Source: Chlorobiota bacterium
GTDB lineage: Bacteria > Bacteroidota > Ignavibacteria > Kapaibacteriales > NICIL-2
Length of the DNA: 64,000 bases
Assembly: GCA_026416585.1 (NCBI GenBank)
Contig: JAOAEV010000109.1
Coordinates: 12,261 to 76,260, forward strand
Direction of reading: 5' to 3'
Shown: in pieces, positions 47,835 through 57,099 of the stretch
Layout of the letters: each line of letters opens with the position of its first letter
Position numbering within the stretch: the first letter of the stretch is position 1
Position numbers and translations under genes: made by a program
The notes under the pieces: generated by a model
The model's database searches: none
What the model was told of the DNA's origin: nothing
What the model saw: the letters and a program-made list of their open reading frames with translations, nothing else

Positions 47835-49586
47835 ATGGCACAGAAAATCTCTCCATTTCGCCTGCTGTTCGACCTTATCGAGGTCGAAGGCAGAGATATA
47901 GCTCTGCTGACCGGTTATGGAATTTTGGTCAGCATATTTTCACTTTCTGTTCCGCTTGCCATAGACCTACTCGTGACGACGATCGCAGCAGGAACTGTCA
48001 CATTACCTCTCATCGTCGTCGCTGTCGGATTGACCATATTGCTGGCTATTAGCACGCTGTTCAGCATCGTACAGCTCTACATTGCTGAGTTGATCGAACG
48101 CCGAATATTCGTGCGGACGACGTGTCAAACAGCTTCGACGCTGTGGGAAACAGATTTGCGCGAGTTCGAGCATACCAACGTGCTGTCCCTTCTCAACCGA
48201 TTTTTCGATGTTGTCAACGTACAAAAGGTATTCACCAAGTTTACTCTCGACATCATCACTGCCGTCCTCTCGATTCTTGTCGGCATCGTATTTATGGCGA
48301 TCTTTAGTTCGCTGCTATGGGGATTGACGACGTTATTGGTTATCCTGACGATAACACTCATCATCGTAGCTGGGTATGGCGGTGTTCGCACGAACATCGC
48401 CGAATCGGATGCCAAATACGCCCTTGCCGATACGCTTGACGAAGTGGGAATGAATATGGTTAGCCACAAGATTTTTTCCGATGCCCAGCATATTGTTGAT
48501 CATTTCGACGCTCCACTCCAGCGCTGGCTGCGTAATCGTAAGGAGCATTTTCGTATTATCATTCGCCAACAGGTTGTCGCAGCAATCCTGCGCATTGTGC
48601 TGATTGTTGCGATTCTGCTGGTCGGTGGTATGCTCGTTATTGACCGGCAAATATCTCTGGGACAACTTGTCGCAAGTGAAATTATCATCCTGCTATTTCT
48701 CAATAGCATCGAGAACATTATCAAGCAGATTCCTGCATTTTTCACCCTGCTGACGTCACTATCGAAATTGCAGCAGCTAACAAGCCTCCGCCACGAACCA
48801 CGCGGCTACATGCCGTTCGAACTAAACGGTACCAATGAAGGACTTAAGGTCGAGTTCGTCAACGTCAAATTTTCATATGATCCTGAGAGTCCCTTGCTAC
48901 GTTCGATCAATCTTCGGATCGCACCAGGTGAGCGTATTTGCATTGTCGGTTCAAGCGGTTCCGGCAAATCAACATTAGCACACATGATCACGGGCTTTTT
49001 ACCGCCGGAATTTGGTGCGATCTTCGTTAACGATTACGATTTACGACTGCTCGATCGAACATCCTATCGGCAACATATTGGCTACATTGAGACGAGTGAC
49101 GAAATCGCGGCGGGGACTGTACTCGATAACATTCTCTGGGGACGTTCTGGAATATCCCAGGAAAATATCCGTTGGGCATTGGACTTGTGTATGCTCTCGC
49201 GGTGGCTGGAAAATACAAGTGGCGGACTTGCCACTGCCGTCGGTCCCCGCGGAGAAAACCTCTCGTCAGGTCAAATTCGGCGCATTATGATCGCACGTGC
49301 AATTGTCCATCGTCCGCGGTTGCTCTTGATTGACGAAGGGTTCAATGGTATCGAGGATCACGTCAAACTCGAAATTGCACGCAGGCTCTACGATAAGTCA
49401 AATCCCTGGACAGTTCTTACAATTTCGCATGATCCGGAAATTGTTGCGTTAGCGGAGAAAGTTGCTGTTCTTCATGACGGATACATCGTCGAATACGGTG
49501 ACGTTCGTTCGCTCGTCTCTCGGCGAGACAGTATGCTTGTTCAACTCTTTCCGACTCTACCGAACTTGGTTAGCGAGCCATCATGA
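47835..49586 (+). CDS. ABC exporter with a fused TMD-NBD (type I secretion / HlyB-like) and no N-terminal C39 peptidase domain
   Basis: A six-TM domain begins around residue 25. Walker A is GSSGSGKST, the signature is LSSGQIRR, Walker B is LLLIDE and the H-loop is ISHD. It overlaps the membrane-fusion-protein gene by 4 nt. Confidence 0.8.
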   Translation: MAQKISPFRLLFDLIEVEGRDIALLTGYGILVSIFSLSVPLAIDLLVTTIAAGTVTLPLIVVAVGLTILLAISTLFSIVQLYIAELIERRIFVRTTCQTASTLWETDLREFEHTNVLSLLNRFFDVVNVQKVFTKFTLDIITAVLSILVGIVFMAIFSSLLWGLTTLLVILTITLIIVAGYGGVRTNIAESDAKYALADTLDEVGMNMVSHKIFSDAQHIVDHFDAPLQRWLRNRKEHFRIIIRQQVVAAILRIVLIVAILLVGGMLVIDRQISLGQLVASEIIILLFLNSIENIIKQIPAFFTLLTSLSKLQQLTSLRHEPRGYMPFELNGTNEGLKVEFVNVKFSYDPESPLLRSINLRIAPGERICIVGSSGSGKSTLAHMITGFLPPEFGAIFVNDYDLRLLDRTSYRQHIGYIETSDEIAAGTVLDNILWGRSGISQENIRWALDLCMLSRWLENTSGGLATAVGPRGENLSSGQIRRIMIARAIVHRPRLLLIDEGFNGIEDHVKLEIARRLYDKSNPWTVLTISHDPEIVALAEKVAVLHDGYIVEYGDVRSLVSRRDSMLVQLFPTLPNLVSEPS

Positions 49587-51076
49587 CCGAAAAACAACGC
49601 ATCGAAAAGCGCTCGACACAGGCTACGGAACAAGCGCGGCCCGTCGTAAAGCAAAAGCGTAGTCGGCAGCGTGTGCTGTCGGGTATTTACATTCGCGCGC
49701 TTGACGACATCGACGTTCCATCTCCACTGCGCCGATACCTCCGTATTGTTCTGATTCTATTCACCATAACGATTATCGGCCTGTTTCTTGTGCCGTGGGT
49801 TCAAACCGTCATCGCCGACGGACGTGTAACAGCCTTATCGCCTGTTGAGCGTCCCCAATACATCAATGCACAAATCACAGGTAGGCTCGTTCGGTGGTAT
49901 GTGACAGAGGGTGCACATGTTTTCCCCGGCGATACGATCGCAGTGTTACAAGACATTGATCCAAAGTTTCTTGATTCGAACATCGTTTTGCGTGCCTCAT
50001 CGCACGTCGAATGGTTGGAACAGCGCGCTCAGCAACTGCGCCAACAGGTCGCAGCAATTTCTGATCAACTCAATGCTGAGATCGCCGCACAAACGGCAGC
50101 AATTCAGTCTGCAGAACAATACGTCATCCAATCACGGCAGAAAGTATCGGCAGCCCGGGCACTCTACGAGCAAGAAACTGTAGAGCTACAAATTGCACAG
50201 CAGCGTTATCGTGACAGGAAATCACTCTACGAACAGGGATTGCGCTCGCTCCGAGAATTCGAAAGCGCACAATTAGCACTGCAACAGGCACAGGCGCGGT
50301 TCAATCGTGCCCAAGCTGAGCTGCGTGCTGCCGAGAGCCAATTGGAACAGTCGCAACAAGAACTCAAACTCAAGCAAAACGAATGGACAGCAAAAGTCCA
50401 AAAAACTCGGAGTGAACTCAACAAAGCACAGGAGTCGCTGTCAGCCGTCGAATCTGCTATTGCCAAGGCATTGATTGACAAATCCAACATCGAAGTGCGC
50501 CGGCAGTATGCAGTAGTTCGTTCGCCTATTGAGGGAACAGTCGTGCGGTTGTATTCACTTGGTCCTGGTGAAACTGTCAAGCAAGGCGAACCGCTGGCGA
50601 TCGTCATGCCGGAGATCAATTCACTTGCGGTTGAACTACTTGTCAAGGGAAACGATGCACCGCTGGTTTATCCGGGGCAGAAAGTTCGTATCCAATTCGA
50701 TGGGTTCCCTGCTTTACAGATTTCGGGATTCCCTCAAGTCAATGTGGGTACATTCGGCGGTATAGTCTCGGTCGTTGACGCTGTTGATGACGATCGCGGG
50801 AGCGGGATGTTCCGTGTAATCATCAAACCAGACAGTACCGACGAGCAATGGCCCCATTCCGCTGTCCTTCGTCCGGGTACAAAGGCTCGGGGATGGATGC
50901 TGCTCAACACTGTACCACTGGCGTATGAAATTTGGCGTCAACTCAACGGATTTCCTCCCTCACTTAAAGAACCGCCACCGCTCCGGAGGAAACCGGCTAA
51001 ACGGGCACCAGCAAGCGGATACGACCCCGCTAAAGACGAACATCAGCTGTTCTATCCTACCGAAGAGGAAAAGTAA
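49583..51076 (+). CDS. HlyD-family membrane fusion protein (type I secretion periplasmic adaptor)
   Basis: It has an N-terminal TM anchor, a long Gln/Ala/Glu-rich coiled coil (QAQARFNRAQAELRAAESQLEQSQQELKLKQ) and a C-terminal beta-barrel/lipoyl-like region. It is translationally coupled to both neighbours. Confidence 0.8.
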   Translation: MTEKQRIEKRSTQATEQARPVVKQKRSRQRVLSGIYIRALDDIDVPSPLRRYLRIVLILFTITIIGLFLVPWVQTVIADGRVTALSPVERPQYINAQITGRLVRWYVTEGAHVFPGDTIAVLQDIDPKFLDSNIVLRASSHVEWLEQRAQQLRQQVAAISDQLNAEIAAQTAAIQSAEQYVIQSRQKVSAARALYEQETVELQIAQQRYRDRKSLYEQGLRSLREFESAQLALQQAQARFNRAQAELRAAESQLEQSQQELKLKQNEWTAKVQKTRSELNKAQESLSAVESAIAKALIDKSNIEVRRQYAVVRSPIEGTVVRLYSLGPGETVKQGEPLAIVMPEINSLAVELLVKGNDAPLVYPGQKVRIQFDGFPALQISGFPQVNVGTFGGIVSVVDAVDDDRGSGMFRVIIKPDSTDEQWPHSAVLRPGTKARGWMLLNTVPLAYEIWRQLNGFPPSLKEPPPLRRKPAKRAPASGYDPAKDEHQLFYPTEEEK

Positions 51077-51078
51077 CG

Positions 51079-52518
51079 ATGCAGCGGTTGCTGTCGGCAG
51101 CGTGCAGCCTTTGGTGCTGTTGCGCACTCTACGCACAGTTCGATACTGCGCTTGTGCTCATCGAGCGTCCAGACTCGAGCACTATTGCAATTCTGCGCTC
51201 GAATGCTGCTGACACTTTATGGGAGCAACGCTATCTGGACCGCGTTCGCACGTATCATCCAGACATCCGAGTCGCTGCAGCAGGAATTGAACGAGCACGC
51301 GGTGCCCATCTGAGTGCGTGGGGCTTGCTTGACCCACGCATCCGTGCCCAGTACTCTACGAAAAACTACTACGCCGGCACGAAAAACACCGAACTCTCGA
51401 CCACGCTGCAGGTGCCGTTGTACTGGGGACAGCAGCTTACTCTTGGCTACCGACGTGCAACCGACTTTTTCGACACAGACTACACAACGAGTACAGACGG
51501 TGAACCAAGCATCGGGCTGATGATTCCACTGATCCGGAATGTCCAGACGGATCCGACCCGAACGGCAATCGCACGGACACAACAGGGAGTAATCGCTGCA
51601 GAAGCTGCGCTCGACGAACGCCGGAACTCCCTGAGTCTGGCGGCTCTGAACGAATATTACGGTTGGGTTGCAGCACGTGCACGATACGACATTGCTGCCG
51701 ATTTGCTTGCAATAATCGCTGAACGATACCGCTGGATTCGGTCAGAAATCCAACGTGGTGAGCGAGCGCCGATCGACTCGGTCGAAGTATTACAAGAATT
51801 GTTCCGCCGTCGCTCATTGCTTGTTCGGGCGCGCAATCAGGTCGAACGCTCGGTATTATCAGTTGCATTATATGTGTGGGAGGGGGATGTTCAGCTTTCT
51901 ATCAATCGCTACGTGCCTGAGCCATTTCCCCTGCCGATTTTCCTCGATCCGATTCGCGTCGAGTTCGATCGAGTTCGCGCTCTCCAACGCCGACCAGAAA
52001 TGCGCCGATTACAAGCCGAACTCGAACAGCTATCGTTCGACGTACGCCTTGTCCGGGAGTCGTTCAAGCCGAGTCTGGATGCACAGGTGTCGTTGTACTC
52101 ACCGCAGTGGTCTTCTGATATACATCGTATGCCAAGATATTGGAAAGCAGGCATCAACTTCGAACTACCGCTTCTCTACCGTGCACCAATCGGGCAAGAG
52201 CAGCAGGTGCTCGCTCAGCAGACCCAACTTTATGCCTTGATCGAGTTCCAACGGCGCCGCATTGAGAACGATGTCCTTCTTGCTGCTGCAACAGTCAATG
52301 CAACCTACGAGCAGGTTATACTTGCACGTGCCGAGCGTCGTAGTGCAGAAATCATGGTGGAAGCTGAACGCCAGTTATTCGAGCGTGGTGAATCGGATTT
52401 ACTCCGACTCAATCTTCGCGAGCGCCTCTTGGCAGAAGCACGCGAACGTGAAGTAGATGCCCTTTATGCACACGCTATCGCACGTGCTCTCTACCGCTGG
52501 GCAATTGCTGACTATTGA
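51079..52518 (+). CDS. TolC-family outer-membrane efflux/secretion protein
   Basis: The signal peptide ends LYA|Q. It is 479 aa with two repeats of coiled-coil/beta-strand architecture typical of outer-membrane factors. The start lies 3 nt after the membrane-fusion-protein stop. Confidence 0.75.
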   Translation: MQRLLSAACSLWCCCALYAQFDTALVLIERPDSSTIAILRSNAADTLWEQRYLDRVRTYHPDIRVAAAGIERARGAHLSAWGLLDPRIRAQYSTKNYYAGTKNTELSTTLQVPLYWGQQLTLGYRRATDFFDTDYTTSTDGEPSIGLMIPLIRNVQTDPTRTAIARTQQGVIAAEAALDERRNSLSLAALNEYYGWVAARARYDIAADLLAIIAERYRWIRSEIQRGERAPIDSVEVLQELFRRRSLLVRARNQVERSVLSVALYVWEGDVQLSINRYVPEPFPLPIFLDPIRVEFDRVRALQRRPEMRRLQAELEQLSFDVRLVRESFKPSLDAQVSLYSPQWSSDIHRMPRYWKAGINFELPLLYRAPIGQEQQVLAQQTQLYALIEFQRRRIENDVLLAAATVNATYEQVILARAERRSAEIMVEAERQLFERGESDLLRLNLRERLLAEAREREVDALYAHAIARALYRWAIADY

Positions 52519-53132
52519 TCCCGATGACGAAAATATCCGACTAAACTCCACGCCGTGAGCACAACAATCACGTACATCGTCACCTCGATTGCCCCGGATT
52601 CGAGGATCACTCGGGCAATTGATGCGACCCAATTATCCCACCACGACTCCAGCACCAGAAGAGCTAAAACGAGAACGACGTAGCCCATCTGCAGAAACGT
52701 TTTCCACTTTGCGGCACCAGACGGACGAAGCGGTTTTCCTAGCGACAGTGACCAAATTCGCAGTGCTGTAGCAATCACGTCACGGATCGCAACAACAGAC
52801 ACCGCCCATAGTGGCACGATGTCGAGCACGACAAAGCCAAATAGCGCAGAGAGCACCAAAATTTTATCAGCCAACGGATCAAGAAAGATACCGACATCTG
52901 AGATTACGCCCAGCCGTCGCGCAAGCACTCCATCGAAAAAATCAGTGATCGCAGCACCGGCAAAAAGCATCAACGCCAGTGAAAGCGACCAAGCACTCCC
53001 CTGCACAAGCAGGTAGAAGAAAAATGGCGCCACGAGAATACGCAGTGCCGTAATGATATTAGCGATGGTGAGCCACTGCGCCGAATCAACTGAGCGACGC
53101 TTTTGAGCGTTATGATCGTGTGCGGTATGCAT
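52512..53132 (-). CDS. pgsA: CDP-diacylglycerol--glycerol-3-phosphate 3-phosphatidyltransferase (CDP-alcohol phosphatidyltransferase family)
   Basis: The CDP-OH phosphatidyltransferase signature is DFFDGVLARRLGVISDVGIFLDPLADK. I trimmed the start to MHTAHD, which still overlaps the tpiA 3' end by about 23 nt. An alternative GTG start is possible. Confidence 0.7.
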   Translation of the reverse strand: MHTAHDHNAQKRRSVDSAQWLTIANIITALRILVAPFFFYLLVQGSAWSLSLALMLFAGAAITDFFDGVLARRLGVISDVGIFLDPLADKILVLSALFGFVVLDIVPLWAVSVVAIRDVIATALRIWSLSLGKPLRPSGAAKWKTFLQMGYVVLVLALLVLESWWDNWVASIARVILESGAIEVTMYVIVVLTAWSLVGYFRHRDQ

Positions 53133-53877
53133 GTGCTGCAGCTTCAATAATAGCAACAAATGATTCCACCCGTAATGATGCTCCTCCAACAAGACCTCCC
53201 GAGACATTCTGCACCGAAAAAATAACTGATGCATTCTCAGGCGTAATGCTACCACCGTAGAGGATTGGCACATGTGAACAACCACGACCGTTGAGCAGCA
53301 ATCGGATGAACTCGTGCACTTCCTTGATCTGTTCAGCCTCAGCTGCGATCCCTGTGCCGATTGCCCAGACAGGTTCGTAAGCACATACCCATTTCTTCGA
53401 TCGCTCCTGGCACGATAGAATGCCTCTTAACTGATTCTCGACGACATTCCACGTTTGATTGAGTTGGCGCTGCTGGAGGGTTTCGCCAATGCAGAGAATT
53501 GGCACAAGTTCTGCCTCCCACGCACGGAGGAGCTTCTCTGCAATCATTGCATCATTCTCGTGAAACAGCGTTCGTCGTTCGCTGTGACCAATCAGCACAT
53601 ATCGACACCCAATAGCACGAAGCATTGCCGCGCTAATTTCACCGGTGAAAGCACCATAGGGTTCGGTCCAGCAATTTTGTGCTCCCACGTCGATGCTGCT
53701 GCCAGCCAGCTCCTCGGCAACTGCAGTAAGATTAACAAAGGGCGGGCACAGGACAATGCGAACCGACCGATCGAAGTGGTGCAATTCGATATGTTGGCGA
53801 ATACCTCGAGCAAGCTCGCGTGCTTGCCAAACAAGTGTGTTCATTTTCCAATTGCCGACTACCAGCGGAAGACTCAT
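53110..53877 (-). CDS. tpiA: Triose-phosphate isomerase
   Basis: VVGNWKMN, the catalytic-loop region (CAYEPVWAIGTG) and GGS...GGASL match TpiA. Confidence 0.85.
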   Translation of the reverse strand: MSLPLVVGNWKMNTLVWQARELARGIRQHIELHHFDRSVRIVLCPPFVNLTAVAEELAGSSIDVGAQNCWTEPYGAFTGEISAAMLRAIGCRYVLIGHSERRTLFHENDAMIAEKLLRAWEAELVPILCIGETLQQRQLNQTWNVVENQLRGILSCQERSKKWVCAYEPVWAIGTGIAAEAEQIKEVHEFIRLLLNGRGCSHVPILYGGSITPENASVIFSVQNVSGGLVGGASLRVESFVAIIEAAAHAYRTRS

Positions 53878-54404
53878 GGGACAATGCTTCCTGTGACACG
53901 AAAAATTGTGTAATGTCGAAGATTCTCGTCCGACTCAAATCCATAGCCTCCTTCCACAATTTCGCCCGGACGTTCGATGCGAACGTAATCATTGGTAGCT
54001 AAACGGCGACGTGCACTGTCCCAACGGAGCGAACGGGTTTGGAGTTGAGCAAGAGTGCTATCAGAGACTACATGAACACGGCCATATGCCCACATATCGT
54101 TGGTAGCATTTTCTACCTTCGCACTATCACACCAAAGTCGGGCAGCTCGTTCCCCAGTTCGAGTAAAAAACTCGACGTACACTCCGCTATCGAGCAACGT
54201 CAGCTGTTGTGAAGGATACCATTGCACCTTTCCCGCACGAACAAGCGCTTTCGTCTGAATCGAGTCGAGAAAGATAATCTCGGTACCATATAGCGTGTTG
54301 CTCGGCAATAGATCGTACGGAAGCAGATCACGCTGTGGTTGTAATTCCTCGTCGCACGCGCACAGAACCACAAGCAAAAACAGCGCGAGCCAACTGGATC
54401 GCAT
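53874..54404 (-). CDS. LptC-like periplasmic LPS-export protein (start trimmed to MRSSWLALF)
   Basis: It has an N-terminal membrane/lipo anchor (LALFLLVVLCAC) followed by about 150 aa with the LptC-like beta-jellyroll pattern. It sits directly downstream of kdsA. Confidence 0.45.
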   Translation of the reverse strand: MRSSWLALFLLVVLCACDEELQPQRDLLPYDLLPSNTLYGTEIIFLDSIQTKALVRAGKVQWYPSQQLTLLDSGVYVEFFTRTGERAARLWCDSAKVENATNDMWAYGRVHVVSDSTLAQLQTRSLRWDSARRRLATNDYVRIERPGEIVEGGYGFESDENLRHYTIFRVTGSIVP

Positions 54405-54429
54405 ACACTTCACCACGCCCACCATCACG

Positions 54430-55230
54430 TCAGTCGAGGACATCGTCTGTCCAGCGGTTACGACGAACGAGTGTATCAATCTCGAGCAGCTGTTCGATGA
54501 AACGCTCTGCGTATGGCAGCGGTAATTGCGTAGCTGCATCGCTGAGTGCATGTGCCGGGTCTGGATGCGTTTCAAAGAACACCCCATCAACACCGACTGC
54601 AACGGCAGCCCGTGCCAAATGCGGTATCAACGACCGCATACCACCCGAGACATCCCCAATGCTTGGTTGCTGGAGTGAGTGTGTTGCGTCGTAAATCACC
54701 GCTGCACCACTCGACCGCATTCGCACAAGCGAACGCATATCCACCACAAGATCGTGGTAGCCAAACGTTGTGCCTCGCTCTGTCACGAAGATTTGATGCG
54801 TGCCTGAAGTACGAACTTTTTCAACGGCTTTTGTCATGTCTTCAGGTGCAGCGAACTGACCCTTTTTGATGTTGATGGGCTTGCCAGTACGCCCTGCAGC
54901 CACAAGCAGATCGGTCTGGCGACACAAGAACGCGGGTATTTGCAAAGCGTCCACATAGGTAGCAACTTCATCTACTTCCCAACTTTCATGGATATCGGTA
55001 AGTACAGGTAGTCCGAATTGACCACGCACCCGAGCAAGAATTTCGAGCGCAACATAACGATCGATACCGGAAAAGGATCGAATACTCGTGCGATTGGCTT
55101 TGCGGTACGACGCTTTGAAAAACAGATCGACACCAAATCGCTGGCGAAGATGCGCCAAATGTTCGGCGACTGTAAAAACAACGGTTTCGTTCTCAACAAC
55201 ACAAGGTCCAGCAATAAACAAAAGTGGCAT
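54430..55230 (-). CDS. kdsA: 2-dehydro-3-deoxyphosphooctonate aldolase (KDO-8-phosphate synthase)
   Basis: MPLLFIAGPCVVE, KASYRKANRTS and the DAHP-synthase-like TIM barrel match KdsA. I trimmed the start to MPLLF. Confidence 0.85.
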   Translation of the reverse strand: MPLLFIAGPCVVENETVVFTVAEHLAHLRQRFGVDLFFKASYRKANRTSIRSFSGIDRYVALEILARVRGQFGLPVLTDIHESWEVDEVATYVDALQIPAFLCRQTDLLVAAGRTGKPINIKKGQFAAPEDMTKAVEKVRTSGTHQIFVTERGTTFGYHDLVVDMRSLVRMRSSGAAVIYDATHSLQQPSIGDVSGGMRSLIPHLARAAVAVGVDGVFFETHPDPAHALSDAATQLPLPYAERFIEQLLEIDTLVRRNRWTDDVLD

Positions 55231-55476
55231 CGTCAATTGAGTATCGATTATTTGAGTGGCAAAATAGCACTGACCGACTCGGACATATGCACACGCATCA
55301 GCTCGAACCACGTGAGTATGTCGTATTTTCGCACGCGGTCAAGTTCCGTGCGGCTTCGACTATCCCAACTCCGCCAGGTTCGGAAGAAAGCAACGGTCAG
55401 ATAGGACGGAGTGCGCGCGGCAAACTTGGCCGTTTTATTTTGCAGTACAACAATGATTTCTTAGCCGGATGAGGGC

Positions 55477-57099
55477 ATGAAACAAGTCATCTACATGAGT
55501 CACGCGCTCGATGAGACGCGAATTGCCATCACCGAACGTGGCGAATTAGTTGAGTACTTTGCAGACATTCCAGATCGCGAGCGTTTAGTTGGTAGCATTT
55601 TTCTCGGGCGTGTCCAGAAAATTGTTCAGGGGATGAATGCTGCTTTTATTGATATCGGACTTGATCAAGACGCCTTTTTGCACTTTTCGGATGTTGATGC
55701 GTCGCTGGAGGATCACTACGATACTGACGATGATGAAGACAGCGACGGTGTTCTCGTCTCGACACCACTTGAACACTTGACTCCCGTCGCCAGAGAAGCA
55801 TTGCGACTTGCTCAACCGAAACAGCGTACACGGTCAAAACCAACCTTTCAGACCAAGCGCTCGGGAGAAGTAGTCATCAACCTTCAACCACGGCAGATGG
55901 TGCTGGTACAAGTCACTCGCGAAGCATATGCGTCGAAGGGAGTCCGCGTAACTACGCGCATCACATTGCCAGGCAGGTATGTTGTACTTCTTCCCTTTGA
56001 AAGCGTCATCGGTGTTTCACGCAAGATCACTTCACCGTCTGAACGGCGGCGCCTGCGAACACTTGCACGCCACGTGCTGCCTCCTGGTGTTGGTTGTATC
56101 ATTCGGACTGCAGCAGAAAATCAAACCGAACACGAACTTCAACGGGATTGGGAATCGCTGCTCGCACTTTGGCGCTCGATTGAGCGCCAACTCGCATTGC
56201 AGAACAAACCAGGATTGCTCTATCGGGAGGAGAATATCGCTAGCAGTGTCGTTCGTGACTTGCTCACACCGAGCGTCGAGAGAATAATTGTGGATAGTAC
56301 ACGGCTGTATTGCACAATCGAAACGTATCTCGCTGAAACTGAACCAGAGCTGCTGCCGCGATTGCACTTCTATCGAGGCAATCAGCCACTCTTCGAATTT
56401 GCTGGCATCACCGATCAGCTCTCACTAATAGCTGCACGAACTGTACCGCTGCCAAGCGGTGGCTCGATCGTTTTCGATCACACAGAGGCAATGCTCGTTG
56501 TTGACGTCAACACCGGACGGGCAACGACCGATGCTGAGCAAGAGATCAATGCACTGCGTACTAATATGGAAGCAGCAGAAGCAATAGCCCGGCAATTGCG
56601 ATTACGCGATGTTGGGGGAATCATCATCGTGGATTTTATCGACATGAAAAGCCCGAAGCATCGCCAGCAGCTCCTTTCTCACATGCGCCAACTTATTCGG
56701 AGAGATCGCGCCAAGACGGTGCTGTATTCGATTACCGAGCTTGGTCTGCTCCAAATGACTCGCCAACGTGTACGGCAGAATCTTTTTGAATGGCTTACCG
56801 AACCGTGTCCTTGCTGCAATGGAATTGGGCGCATCAACAATCGGTCGAGTTTGCTCAGTACGCTTGATCGGTGGTTGTCAAACTTTACGAAGATTTCGTC
56901 GGAACGGCGCTTGATTCTGCGGGTTCATCCGACAATTGCTGAATATCTGAGCGAAGGTTCGATCAGTCGCCTAGTGCGCTTGATGCTCCGACATTTTGTT
57001 CGTTTACGCATTCAACCAGATCCGGCATTGTCTCAGCAACACTTCCGCATCTTTTCGCCACGGACAGGTAAAGACATCACTGCTACGGTCACTGCATGA
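55477..57099 (+). CDS. rng: Ribonuclease E/G family endoribonuclease (RNase G-like)
   Basis: It has an S1 domain (GSIFLGRVQKIVQGMNAAFIDIG), a DNase-I-like catalytic region and a Zn-link (CPCCNGIGRI). It is 540 aa. Confidence 0.8.
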   Translation: MKQVIYMSHALDETRIAITERGELVEYFADIPDRERLVGSIFLGRVQKIVQGMNAAFIDIGLDQDAFLHFSDVDASLEDHYDTDDDEDSDGVLVSTPLEHLTPVAREALRLAQPKQRTRSKPTFQTKRSGEVVINLQPRQMVLVQVTREAYASKGVRVTTRITLPGRYVVLLPFESVIGVSRKITSPSERRRLRTLARHVLPPGVGCIIRTAAENQTEHELQRDWESLLALWRSIERQLALQNKPGLLYREENIASSVVRDLLTPSVERIIVDSTRLYCTIETYLAETEPELLPRLHFYRGNQPLFEFAGITDQLSLIAARTVPLPSGGSIVFDHTEAMLVVDVNTGRATTDAEQEINALRTNMEAAEAIARQLRLRDVGGIIIVDFIDMKSPKHRQQLLSHMRQLIRRDRAKTVLYSITELGLLQMTRQRVRQNLFEWLTEPCPCCNGIGRINNRSSLLSTLDRWLSNFTKISSERRLILRVHPTIAEYLSEGSISRLVRLMLRHFVRLRIQPDPALSQQHFRIFSPRTGKDITATVTA

